A stretch of 64,000 nt of DNA from an uncultured Thermodesulfobacteriota bacterium. Lineage in GTDB: Bacteria > Desulfobacterota > GWC2-55-46 > JADFVP01. Under the pieces are notes generated by a model that worked only from the letters and a program-made list of their open reading frames with translations, was not told where the DNA came from and made no database searches. Position 1 is the stretch's first letter, and every line of letters starts with the position of its first letter. Location: assembly GCA_964472295.1 (NCBI GenBank), contig CAYYJQ010000009.1, forward strand, positions 244 to 64,243, in the 5' to 3' direction. The translations under genes were made by a program, and so were the position numbers. This document shows, in pieces, positions 8,403-17,430 of the stretch.

Positions 8403-8570
8403 GAGGGGCTCCTTTATGCATGTTTTTTTAACCGGGCACTCTCGCCCGCAGAGTATTTTCAGGGGACAAACAGCACACCGTCCCTTTAAGCCATTTTTTG
8501 TCATCCACGGCTGACTCCCTGCTCCCGCGGGTGTTATTCAGGGGAAAAGGGCCATTCATCCCCAATTCAA

Positions 8571-10490
8571 TCACTTCTCGTTAACAACGGCGCGCCCGCC
8601 GCTGTCCGGGCCGTCAACGAGCCCGCGCGCCACTTCGAGTCCGTGACCTATCATGGGCTTAAAGAGAAGGCACATCTTCCTTACCTCGCTGTAAGTGCGA
8701 ATTGTCCTCTCAATGTCCTTCTCGAACTGTATCCTCGCGGACCCGTCCTCTTCCTCGCGGAGGTAGCCCTTCAGGTCATAGGTATACTCCACAAGCGCCT
8801 CCCAGAGGAACGAGACCTTGAGGGCGGCTTTGAAAAGTTTTTTTTCCTTTTTCCTTATCCTCTCTATGGGTCCTGAGAGTTCAAGAGAGAGTCCTTTTTC
8901 GAGAAAGGCCCTCTTAAGCCTTCCCGCCTCTCTGATAATCTCCGAGGAGAGGTTCAGGACAAGCCCCACGTGTTTTTCAAGTCCCCTGAAGGCCTCCAGA
9001 AGACCGCCCGCGTTGACATCGGGGCGCACGGCCCCGGCCTCGTCCAGTATCTTCTCGACTGGAACCGGCCCCTTCAAGTGTTGCTCAATGACCTCGGCAA
9101 GGGGCAGGTGCTCCATGCCCTTTATATAAGCGCCGCCCTCTGTTGAGTTGTAGACGCGGAGGCCGGGAAACTGCTCCTTCAGAAGGACCATGTACCTCTC
9201 GAACCACTGGTGAAATGTCACCCAGTCGTATTTACTGGCAACGGGCCGCCCGTCAAGGCCTGTAAGCCACTGGAGTTTATGGGTCATGGTGCGCCGGTGG
9301 CCTGAGATGTAGTGTTCCCGCACCAGAATAAGCCCCTTCTCCTCGTCTATCTCCACCCTCTGCCTGTCATAGACGCCTCCCTCGGCGTGGCTCTGTCCGT
9401 TCTCAAAGGCAAGGTCCTGACCAATGAAGATAATGGGGTCGCAACCGAATGTGACGCCCATGTCGAACATGGCCGTGGTTACGGAGCCGCCTATGGATAC
9501 AAAGGAACTGCTCCCCCAGAGCCCGGCCTGCTCAAGGCTGAGGGCGATGTAGGGGCTGTAGAAGATGAACTTTCCACGGGCCCGTCTTCTGAACATCTCA
9601 GGGTGAGAGACCTCGGAGAGTATGAGGCGTATATTCTCATCGGCCACGCCTCCGTCGAAGTACTCCTTGAGGTCCACCTTTTCTCCGGCTATGACGGCGT
9701 GGGGGGTAACGCCGTACTTGAGGAGGCTCTTGTAGGCCGTGATGGCCGATACGATAAAGGCCCTGTCCTTTATGCCGGAAAGTAGGGCGGCGTTCTTTTT
9801 TAGCGACGGTCCGGCCCCGACTATAACAAGGGGCACGCCCCTGAGCCTGTTATTCAGGACGCCGACAGATGGATAGGCGGCGAAATTCTCGAGGTTTGCG
9901 AAGTAGTTCTTCAGCCAGTCAAGGCGCGAGTCTATCTCTGTCCTTATGCCGACCTTCTGGGACGTATGGGCGTTCTCGACCTTTATGACAAAGTTACGGA
10001 GTTCCTCGGGAAAGGCAAGGCTGTAGGCAAGGGTATGATAGCCGAGGATATTATCGAGTCCATCGGTAAAACGCTGGACCCAGGCGATGAAGGGGCCTAT
10101 GTAGTTGGCAAGGAATACTCCGGGCAGGGAGAGTTCACGGCTCAGGTCAACTTCCATGAGCACGCCCTTTAGTATCTCCATGGAGGGCTCAAGGACAAAG
10201 ACCTTCTTCATGCCCTTCTTGAGGAGCGTACGGAGGAGATAGGCGCAGCCAAGACCAAAGATGACAACGCAGTCAGGTTTTTTCTTGAGTATTTCCCCTG
10301 CCTGAACCTCGGCCTCTTTCCATGGGGCGTACTGGCTGTTAAATAAACGGCCCCTGTACGAGAGGACTGGTTCGCCCTTCTTTGATACGCCAAGTTTAAC
10401 GGCCTTCTCAATATCAAAGGCCCTCAGCCTCTCGGCAAGGATGCTGTCTTTTTTCGCGATTGCCGTGATGTTTTTTTCAAATATTTTCAT
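8571..10490 (-). CDS. maf: Motility accessory factor (Maf) family protein. Maf proteins act as flagellin nonulosonic-acid glycosyltransferases in Campylobacter and Helicobacter.
   Basis: 639 aa. The central region matches the Maf/DUF115 (MptE-like) fold, with LNNRLRGVPLVIVGAGPSLKKN... and GDxxAAxN-type segments. It is co-located with the pse genes and flagellin. I take the start as the ATG at 10490, with GGAG 6 nt upstream; the track began at a TTG. Confidence 0.6.
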   Translation of the reverse strand: MKIFEKNITAIAKKDSILAERLRAFDIEKAVKLGVSKKGEPVLSYRGRLFNSQYAPWKEAEVQAGEILKKKPDCVVIFGLGCAYLLRTLLKKGMKKVFVLEPSMEILKGVLMEVDLSRELSLPGVFLANYIGPFIAWVQRFTDGLDNILGYHTLAYSLAFPEELRNFVIKVENAHTSQKVGIRTEIDSRLDWLKNYFANLENFAAYPSVGVLNNRLRGVPLVIVGAGPSLKKNAALLSGIKDRAFIVSAITAYKSLLKYGVTPHAVIAGEKVDLKEYFDGGVADENIRLILSEVSHPEMFRRRARGKFIFYSPYIALSLEQAGLWGSSSFVSIGGSVTTAMFDMGVTFGCDPIIFIGQDLAFENGQSHAEGGVYDRQRVEIDEEKGLILVREHYISGHRRTMTHKLQWLTGLDGRPVASKYDWVTFHQWFERYMVLLKEQFPGLRVYNSTEGGAYIKGMEHLPLAEVIEQHLKGPVPVEKILDEAGAVRPDVNAGGLLEAFRGLEKHVGLVLNLSSEIIREAGRLKRAFLEKGLSLELSGPIERIRKKEKKLFKAALKVSFLWEALVEYTYDLKGYLREEEDGSARIQFEKDIERTIRTYSEVRKMCLLFKPMIGHGLEVARGLVDGPDSGGRAVVNEK

Positions 10491-10805
10491 CAATCACTCC
10501 AACATTTTTTTACCGCGACTCAATGCCCCCCTCTTTTAAGCCGCCACAGAGCCAATAAAAAATATCTTCAATCTCTCCGGCATTTTTTTATCCGCGGCTC
10601 AAAGGCCGGTTCCTTTAAGCCGCGCAAGAGCGGGTAAAAAATCTTGTCAATCACTCCAACATTTTTTTATCCGCGGCTCGATGCCCCCCTCTTTTAAGCC
10701 GCCCCAGAGCGGGTAAAAAATCTCGTCAATCACTCCTATGTTTTTTTGCCCGCACCTTGAAGGTCAGTTCGTTTACGCCGCGCCAGACCCAGTAAGAGGT
10801 GTCGT
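10491..10805. repeat. Tandem direct repeat of period 78-79 bp, 3 full copies plus a degenerate 4th. It starts at the maf start codon and extends into the 3' end of the upstream GH57-like gene.
   Basis: The unit is caatcactcc-aacattttttta-ccgcggctc-Natgcccccctcttttaagccgcc-cagagcgggtaaaaaatct-gt. Copies begin at 10491, 10569, 10648 and 10727. Each carries T7-8 and A6-7 runs, and R1 and R3 carry C7 runs. The SD-like GGAGTGATTGA of maf is reiterated in every unit. Confidence 0.8.
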
Positions 10806-12840
10806 CAATCTCCCCGGCGCTGTGGTAGAGACGGAGAAAAAAAGTCGAGCCCCTCTCCCTGTAATCAACCATGGGCACGGGCAGTGCGTCTCCATGGTCC
10901 GAACTTATGGTAATCTTCTTCTCGTTATCTCCCATGCTCACCCAGCCCTCCGTGGCCCCGAGACACGACGAGGCCGAGATGGCCTGACTTACGGGGCTTG
11001 AGTGCGATACGGCGTGCCCCTGGAGCATGAACCTCTCGGGACGGGTCCCGCCGTTCACGGTCTCGTAGTAGAGTTGGTCTCTCTGAAAGGCCTCTGGCAT
11101 GAGCGTGAAGATACCGAGCCGCAGGGAAGAGGCCATGAGCCCCCGAAGCCTTAGCCTGTAGTGAAGGGTAAAGGAGCTATTTGAAAATGGGATGCGATAG
11201 GTCTTCTCGATTATTCCAATGGGCGACTCAATAGCGGCGAAGACGGATACGCCGTCATTGTCTTCAGTAACAGTGGGCGCAACGGGCAGGAGGTCCGTGG
11301 TCTTCCGGCCATGGCGGCTCGTCTGTATGAGGTGACCCGAGAAAAAGTCCGCGCCAAGGTCAATGGACTCGTAGTGTCCGTGGCTGATGGTGCCAATGAG
11401 GGGTTCTGGTGAGACAAGGGGAAAAGAGGCCGAACCAAGGGCAAGCCCCCTGTCCTTGAGGAGTTCAATCTCCACGGCCCCGGTGCATACCCTTAGCCGG
11501 GTCTCCGTCTCCTCTGTCTGGACCATGGGCATTAGCCCGGACCTCATTACAGCGCCTGCGCCGATATAGGGGCCGGCAAGGCAGAGGAGGTTGGCCTCCT
11601 GGTCTCTCCCGTTCATATCCTCATCTTCAGTCCCCTCTCCTGTTACTTCCACCAGTGCGTCCGTAAGGCCCGCTTCTCTCATGCGCCGCTCCGTCTCCAT
11701 TGAGAGCCAGCCCATGCCCTCGTTAAAGCGGGCGAATTTTTCATCCGTGGTATTTGTCCTGAAGTCCGAGGCCCAGAGTTCCGTGAGCGTCTCGCGCATC
11801 CTGTCCCAATCCCCTTCGCCTATTACCCCCGCCTTTCCAAGTCCGCGAAACCTCCTGTAGAGCCCCCTGCACCTCGCGTTTATATGGGCGCTGTCGCGGC
11901 CCGTGACCGACCACCTCAGGGGGTTGTACTTTTCCTGCTTCTTGCAGACAATGGGCGTCTCCACGGATTCGAGGCAAAGGGCCGGGGCCTCCCTGTCACT
12001 CTCAAACTTCTTGATAATCTCCACGGGCCGCATGAGTTCAAGCCCCCTCTCGCACCTTATGAGTTCAAGTATTCGCCTTATCCTCGAAAAGTCGCCGCGC
12101 CCGGTCCCGCCCCTTCCAGGGGTAAAGTCAAATATCTCGGCGTCATTGGAGTAGGCCGTGAAGGCGCGGTCCTCGGCGCGGCTGTAATGGGAGCGCAGGT
12201 ACTCCATGTATTCGTCCATGGGGACCTCGCCGCGCGCGGCGCGGGCGAACTTCTGAAAACCAATGGAATGAGACCAGAGGAGCCCTACTTCATCGCCGGG
12301 AACGAGCCCGGCGGCCCTCCGGGGCCTGTAGAGGAGGTCCTTCTCAAAACCGTTATGACGCGCCGAGTTGTTCCAGTCCATGATAATGGCCCTGTAGCCC
12401 GCTTCTTTATATAGTCCCGTAAGTCCTGCTGAATAGGTCTGCTCGTTCACAAGGGCAATCCCGGGGCGTCTTCCAAGTATCTCCTCATAGCCCCTGCACC
12501 CAAGTTCAAGGTTCCACCTGTTCACCTCTGCCGGGATAAGGGGCATGATGCACTGGGCATGGCCAGAGCCGATAAAGTCGAGGGCGCCCTCGGCCCAGAG
12601 TTCGCGGAGGCGGAGCGTAAAGGCGGGGTCAAGGTCCCGCACCCTCTGAAGGGTCCAGGCCGTCATCTCAATGGCCACGGCCAGCCCGGACTCGGCAAGG
12701 CGAAGTATGGGCCAGTAGCAACTCTTTATTACAGAGGGAAAGTCGCGGCTGTCTATGAGCGAGAAGGCGAGATTGCAGTGAAAGAGGGCATAGACCGAGA
12801 GCCCTGGCAGGGGCTTCTCCTCAAAGGAATTTTTTCTCAC
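10726..12840 (-). CDS. Large (704 aa) GH57-like member of the glycoside-hydrolase/deacetylase superfamily. Function unknown; presumably sugar processing in the glycosylation island.
   Basis: The N-terminal ~300 aa resembles the GH57 catalytic barrel, with a FIGSGHAQCIMPLIP block like the GH57 'yyHpIlPL' motif. The canonical HxHQP motif is replaced by FHCNLAF. The C-terminal half is unrecognised. The stop codon lies inside the tandem repeat. Confidence 0.35.
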   Translation of the reverse strand: MRKNSFEEKPLPGLSVYALFHCNLAFSLIDSRDFPSVIKSCYWPILRLAESGLAVAIEMTAWTLQRVRDLDPAFTLRLRELWAEGALDFIGSGHAQCIMPLIPAEVNRWNLELGCRGYEEILGRRPGIALVNEQTYSAGLTGLYKEAGYRAIIMDWNNSARHNGFEKDLLYRPRRAAGLVPGDEVGLLWSHSIGFQKFARAARGEVPMDEYMEYLRSHYSRAEDRAFTAYSNDAEIFDFTPGRGGTGRGDFSRIRRILELIRCERGLELMRPVEIIKKFESDREAPALCLESVETPIVCKKQEKYNPLRWSVTGRDSAHINARCRGLYRRFRGLGKAGVIGEGDWDRMRETLTELWASDFRTNTTDEKFARFNEGMGWLSMETERRMREAGLTDALVEVTGEGTEDEDMNGRDQEANLLCLAGPYIGAGAVMRSGLMPMVQTEETETRLRVCTGAVEIELLKDRGLALGSASFPLVSPEPLIGTISHGHYESIDLGADFFSGHLIQTSRHGRKTTDLLPVAPTVTEDNDGVSVFAAIESPIGIIEKTYRIPFSNSSFTLHYRLRLRGLMASSLRLGIFTLMPEAFQRDQLYYETVNGGTRPERFMLQGHAVSHSSPVSQAISASSCLGATEGWVSMGDNEKKITISSDHGDALPVPMVDYRERGSTFFLRLYHSAGEIDDTSYWVWRGVNELTFKVRAKKHRSD

Positions 12841-14459
12841 GGATACCTCTCCTTGAGTCCGAGGATGTCGTACTTTACGAACATGGCCGAGGTCTCAAGG
12901 AGGACGTTCATGAAGATTGGCCGCTTTCTCCGCCATACATCGCCTATGTAACGGAGCGCGCGCATGGGGTCTGACCTTATGAGGTGATGGGTCCTGTCGG
13001 CCTCGACAATGGTCTCTATGTACTCCGGGGTAAAGTCCCGCGTCTTTATATTGGGTTTTACCACCTCCACGCGGTCGTAACTGAACCCATCGGCAAAGAG
13101 GCCCTCGTCGCGACACCTCTCGAATAGTTCACTTCCCGGTAAAGGCGTGGCTATATAGACCTCTCTGCTGTCAAAGAGGCCGCTGTAGTTAGCCATGTAG
13201 AGAGAGCGCCGAATGTCATCTTTTGTCTCTCCCGGCAGGCCTATGACAAAGGTCCCTGTAAGGCGAACGCCCTTATTGCGGGCATAGCGCAGGACCTCCA
13301 TGGCGCGGTCGAGTTTAAGGGGTTTTTTGACTATATTTGTAAGTACCTCCTGAACCCCGGACTCGATGGCAAAGCCCATGGAGACGCATCCCATCTCAAC
13401 GAGTTCATCTATCAGTTCCTCGTCCATGCACCATAGGGCAAGGACCATGAAGTGTATCTCAAGGTCATAGCCCCGGCGTCTGAACCCGCGGCAGAACTCC
13501 TTTGCCCGCTTCCTGTCGTGGGTGAAGTTATCGTCAATTATCATGAGTTTTTTTATGCCGTAATTCTCGACAAGAAAATCTATCTCGCGAAAGACCTCTT
13601 CAAGGCAACGCGCCCGGAACTTGCGTCCCATGGTCCTGTGCACGGAGCAGAAGACGCACCTTCCGGCGCAGCCCCGAGTGGTGAGCACAGTGGGCATGGC
13701 CTGAGGCCAGCCCCATGTCACGGCCCGGGGCTCGTAGTTTTTGGAGTATTTTTCGTATGGAAAGAGGTGCCACGCCGGAAAGGGCAGGGCATCGAGGTCG
13801 TTTATGAAATCGCCCCTCGGGTTAACGGTAACACGCCCGTCCTCCCGCCAGACAAGGCCCGGCACAGAGGCATAGGCAGGGCCTTTTGCCGCGGCCCCGG
13901 CCTCTTCCATGTCTTTTTTCCCTTCTCCATCCTTACCCTCTTTGCACGTGCAGTTGTCGCAGGACTCTCCGTCGCCGCACCTGCCATCTTCTCTCTCAAT
14001 GGCGTCTATCAGGGCTGGAAGGGACTCCTCGGCCTCGCCCATGAGGACAAAATCAATGGCAGGGTTCTCCATGACCTCTTCGGGCATGGATGTGGGGTGG
14101 TTTCCGCCGACTACTACAGGGGAATCTGGGTAGATGGATTTCACGATACGGGCCGTCTCGTTCATGGAGCCCACCATTACTGAAAAGTTACAACTTATTC
14201 CAACCATATCTGGCTCAAAATCCCTTATCCTCTTTGAGACCTCGTCCATGGGAATACCCACCTCCACATAGTTGTCCCTTAGCGGCGCGTCCCTGTCGAG
14301 CCCCTCGGTCTGGCAGTCCAGAATGGCCACCTCACGGCCCCTCTTTTCAAGGACAGCCGCAAGGTACATTATGCCCATTGGGGGGTATACTATCCTCTGC
14401 CCTGATGTGGCTATCCTCATGCCCGGCTGTATAAGGAGTATCTTCTCTATTTTCTTCAT
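12837..14459 (-). CDS. B12-binding radical-SAM enzyme; probably a methyltransferase/rearrangement enzyme acting on the flagellin sugar.
   Basis: An N-terminal cobalamin-binding Rossmann domain (ILLIQPGMRIATSGQRIVYPPMGIMYLAAVLEKRG) precedes a radical-SAM CxxxCxxC cluster (CAGRCVFCSV). A Cys-rich linker (CGDGESCDNCTC) separates them. The start is at MKKIEKIL, with AAGGGA 6 nt upstream. Confidence 0.75.
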   Translation of the reverse strand: MKKIEKILLIQPGMRIATSGQRIVYPPMGIMYLAAVLEKRGREVAILDCQTEGLDRDAPLRDNYVEVGIPMDEVSKRIRDFEPDMVGISCNFSVMVGSMNETARIVKSIYPDSPVVVGGNHPTSMPEEVMENPAIDFVLMGEAEESLPALIDAIEREDGRCGDGESCDNCTCKEGKDGEGKKDMEEAGAAAKGPAYASVPGLVWREDGRVTVNPRGDFINDLDALPFPAWHLFPYEKYSKNYEPRAVTWGWPQAMPTVLTTRGCAGRCVFCSVHRTMGRKFRARCLEEVFREIDFLVENYGIKKLMIIDDNFTHDRKRAKEFCRGFRRRGYDLEIHFMVLALWCMDEELIDELVEMGCVSMGFAIESGVQEVLTNIVKKPLKLDRAMEVLRYARNKGVRLTGTFVIGLPGETKDDIRRSLYMANYSGLFDSREVYIATPLPGSELFERCRDEGLFADGFSYDRVEVVKPNIKTRDFTPEYIETIVEADRTHHLIRSDPMRALRYIGDVWRRKRPIFMNVLLETSAMFVKYDILGLKERYP

Positions 14460-14469
14460 GAAATATCCC

Positions 14470-15720
14470 TTATTGGACCATCCTGAGGCGTCCCTCGACC
14501 GTGAAATCAACGCCCTCGATGGCCTCGCGCGCCCTCATGGAGGCCTCTTCGGGCGTAACGCCCGTTGTAATGACCATGCCCGCCCTTCCGGGGTGAGATA
14601 CCACGGGGCCAAGGGTATCCCCTGGCTTCACGTTTATCTCCATCTCCTCAAGGCCGGGCATCATTTTTATATGCGGCGGTATGCGAATGGAGCGCACGAC
14701 TCCTGGCCCGGGGAACCAGAACCTCTGCGATACAAAGCGCGATTTCCATGGCCTGTAATCCCCTGCCCTTACCTTGACGCCAAGGGCAAGGAGGATTGCC
14801 GCCTCCACAATATCAACGCCCAATGAGAGGGGTATGGTATGGGTGCAGAAAAACCCGCCGCTTAGCCTCGGGGCGGCCTCTATGACCACGGGGCCGCAAT
14901 CGCCCATCACGATGTCGCCCTTTATAGTCCAGTCGTCAATACCAAGGGCCCTCCCTACCCTGCCTATTACCTTGTCCACGGCCTTGCGCTCATCATCTGT
15001 GAGGCGCGCCGGAAGGTCCCCTCCGTTCTCTATCACATAGGGCGAGAACCGCTCTATATACTCGTAATTTCTCTCCGAGAGCCCCGGCGTGGCCACCACC
15101 CCGCCCGTGAGCACGGACTCCGTACTTATCTGTAGCCCCTCCACCCATTCCTCCGCCATTACGCGGCCAGAGGGCGAGTTTTTCTCTGCCTCGAAGAAGG
15201 CCCACGAGGGGTCAACGCCCCCGGTAAGACGTATGACGCCGCGCGCGCCCCGGCTGTCCACTGGTTTTATTACAAGGGTTTTCTTTCGCTCAAAGATAAT
15301 TTTCTTTAGTTCCATGGGTCCCATTACCATGGAGTACCACGGCACTGGGACCCCGGCGCCTCTCATGGCCTCTTTCATGAGGAATTTATCGGACGCAAGG
15401 CGCGCCGACTCGATTGAGGGGCCGGGTAGACCGAGGCCCTCTGCCACGGTAGCCACTGTAAGGGGCACGTCAGCGGCGGCGGAGAGAACGCCGTCAATGG
15501 GACTTACACTGTGCATGGCCCGTGCGAGCCTCAGGGACTTTTCCGCGTCATAGGTGCTCGAAAGCATGGCCTCATGGGCAAGGGCAAGGCCCGGGGCCTT
15601 TTCATCGCCGTCAGAGACGATTACATGGAGCCCCATGGCAATGGCCTTCTCAATGATGGGCAGGGCCTCTCTTCCGCCGGAAATTATGAGTATGGTCTTT
15701 CCCGCAACGCTCATGGACAT
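14470..15720 (-). CDS. ATP-grasp family ligase.
   Basis: 416 aa with a pre-ATP-grasp N-domain and an ATP-grasp central domain (LASDKFLMKEAMRGAGVPVPWY...KTLVIKPVDSRGARGV...AEEWVEGLQISTESV). Confidence 0.7.
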   Translation of the reverse strand: MSMSVAGKTILIISGGREALPIIEKAIAMGLHVIVSDGDEKAPGLALAHEAMLSSTYDAEKSLRLARAMHSVSPIDGVLSAAADVPLTVATVAEGLGLPGPSIESARLASDKFLMKEAMRGAGVPVPWYSMVMGPMELKKIIFERKKTLVIKPVDSRGARGVIRLTGGVDPSWAFFEAEKNSPSGRVMAEEWVEGLQISTESVLTGGVVATPGLSERNYEYIERFSPYVIENGGDLPARLTDDERKAVDKVIGRVGRALGIDDWTIKGDIVMGDCGPVVIEAAPRLSGGFFCTHTIPLSLGVDIVEAAILLALGVKVRAGDYRPWKSRFVSQRFWFPGPGVVRSIRIPPHIKMMPGLEEMEINVKPGDTLGPVVSHPGRAGMVITTGVTPEEASMRAREAIEGVDFTVEGRLRMVQ

Positions 15721-16757
15721 ACGATCACCTTTACGGCCCCTGAGGCCTCCTTGTGAGAGGCGATTGAGAACCCTTCCATAATGTCTTCAAGGGCCACCCT
15801 GTGTGTTATGAGCCCCCTTGCCCGCGCCCTGCCCTCTGCAAAGAGGCCGAGGGCCCGCACAAAGTCTTCCCTGCTGTATCGCTGTGCCCCGCGCACCTCG
15901 ATTTCCTTCTCTGTAAGGTCCTTGAGGTTCATCTCGGGCGTCCTGTAATGAACGCCTGAGAGGACCAATACCCCGCCCGGCAAAAGGGCCTCGATGGCCG
16001 TTGTAATGGAGGCGCTCCCAAAGCCCCCGGAAGTATCAAAAACAATGTCAAAGGGTTTATGGTGTGAAAGGGGGCCGCATCCTGCAGGGTCAAGGGCCTC
16101 ATCGGCGCCCATCTTCAGGGCAATCTCCCTCTGAAAGGGGTACTTTCCAAGGACCGAGACCATTGACGCCCCTATTATGGAGAGGGCCCTTGTGATGAGA
16201 AGCCCAAGGGTTCCACAGCCTATGACAAGGGCCCTCTTTCGGGCCACTGGACCGCCCATGGACACTGCGTGAAGTGCCGCCCCAAGGGGCTCGACAAGGA
16301 CGGCCTCTTCAGGGTCAAGATTGGTCGGGAGTTCAAAGACATTGGAAGAAGGCACGGTAACAAACTCGGCAAAGCCTCCCGGGCGGTCGAAACTTACAAA
16401 AGAGCCCTTTTTGCAGAGATTTGCGCGCCCCGAAGCGCAGGCATGACAACTCCCACAGGGCACAAGGGGAGATACCACGACCCCTGCGCCCCTCTTTATA
16501 CCCCTGACCCCCTCTCCCAGTTCTTCCACCACGCCGCCTATCTCATGGCCTGCCCAGAACCTCGGCACAGGCGGGTCGCAATGAAAGATATTAAGGTCTG
16601 AGCCGCATATGCCGCAGGCCCTTACGCGCAGAAGGACCTCTCCGGTCGATGGCAGCGTGACCGCGCGCTCTCTTACAACGAGCCTCCCCGGCCCATCGAA
16701 GACAGCGGCCCTAAGCCCCGGCGGCCTTTCTGATATTTTCTCTAAAGGCATGTTCAT
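15711..16757 (-). CDS. Zinc-dependent alcohol dehydrogenase (MDR family; threonine/sorbitol dehydrogenase-like).
   Basis: Catalytic and structural Zn motifs are present (RACGICGSDLNIFH; GHEIGGVVEELG; a CGSCHAC cluster). A Rossmann GxGxxG follows. I chose the start at MNMPLEK, where AGGAGG lies 9 nt upstream. Confidence 0.75.
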   Translation of the reverse strand: MNMPLEKISERPPGLRAAVFDGPGRLVVRERAVTLPSTGEVLLRVRACGICGSDLNIFHCDPPVPRFWAGHEIGGVVEELGEGVRGIKRGAGVVVSPLVPCGSCHACASGRANLCKKGSFVSFDRPGGFAEFVTVPSSNVFELPTNLDPEEAVLVEPLGAALHAVSMGGPVARKRALVIGCGTLGLLITRALSIIGASMVSVLGKYPFQREIALKMGADEALDPAGCGPLSHHKPFDIVFDTSGGFGSASITTAIEALLPGGVLVLSGVHYRTPEMNLKDLTEKEIEVRGAQRYSREDFVRALGLFAEGRARARGLITHRVALEDIMEGFSIASHKEASGAVKVIVCP

Positions 16758-17403
16758 GGCCAGGCACCTCCTTCCAGTCAGAGAGGAACTTCTCAAGGTC
16801 CATGTCAGTCATTGTGTTAAGGAGCATCTTCTCAAGGACTATGAAAGGCACCGTGGCTATATGCACCCCAGCCCTTGCCACCTCCACAATCTGATGGGGG
16901 TCCCGTATGCTCGCGGCTATGACCTCTGTCTTGAGGTCATGGTGAGAGAAGGTCTCCATTAGTTCGCGCACAAGGCCAAGGCCGTTATACCCCCTGTCCT
17001 CGAGCCTGCCGATAAAGGGGCTTATATAATCAGCGCCCGCCATTGCCGCAAGGAGGGCCTGCGTGGGGGAGAATATGAGCGTGAGGTTGGTCTTCACGGA
17101 CTCGCCGCGAAGGAGCGTAAGGGCCTCCATTCCCGCGGGGTTTGCCGGTAGTTTTACTACAACGTTGCGGGAAACCTCGGCAAGGACACGCGCCTGTCCG
17201 GCCATGTCTTCGGGAGACCTTGCCGTTACCTCGAGGCTTACGGGATGGGGATAGACGACCTCGCATATCTCGGAAGCGACCTCGATAAAGTCCCTCTTCT
17301 CTCTCGCGATGATAGAGGGGTTCGTGGTGACGCCGCTCAGGACCCCCCAGGCTTTTGCCTTTTTTATCTCTTTAATATCAGCGGTATCGAGAAATAACCT
17401 CAT
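16711..17403 (-). CDS. Transaldolase-family protein of the fructose-6-phosphate aldolase / TalC type.
   Basis: MRLFLDTADIKEIKKAKAWGVLSGVTTNPSI is the FSA/TalC signature; the protein is ~230 aa. I chose the start at MRLFLD, with GAGGAGG upstream. Confidence 0.75.
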   Translation of the reverse strand: MRLFLDTADIKEIKKAKAWGVLSGVTTNPSIIAREKRDFIEVASEICEVVYPHPVSLEVTARSPEDMAGQARVLAEVSRNVVVKLPANPAGMEALTLLRGESVKTNLTLIFSPTQALLAAMAGADYISPFIGRLEDRGYNGLGLVRELMETFSHHDLKTEVIAASIRDPHQIVEVARAGVHIATVPFIVLEKMLLNTMTDMDLEKFLSDWKEVPGHEHAFRENIRKAAGA

Positions 17404-17430
17404 AATCGTCCTCCTCTTTTTAGGTGTCAC

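Noticed and set aside
10491-10805. Whether the 79-bp tandem array is a CRISPR array
   Set aside because: The inter-repeat segments are themselves conserved between units, so there are no unique spacers. The units are 78-79 bp with no short palindromic repeat/spacer alternation, and no cas genes are nearby.
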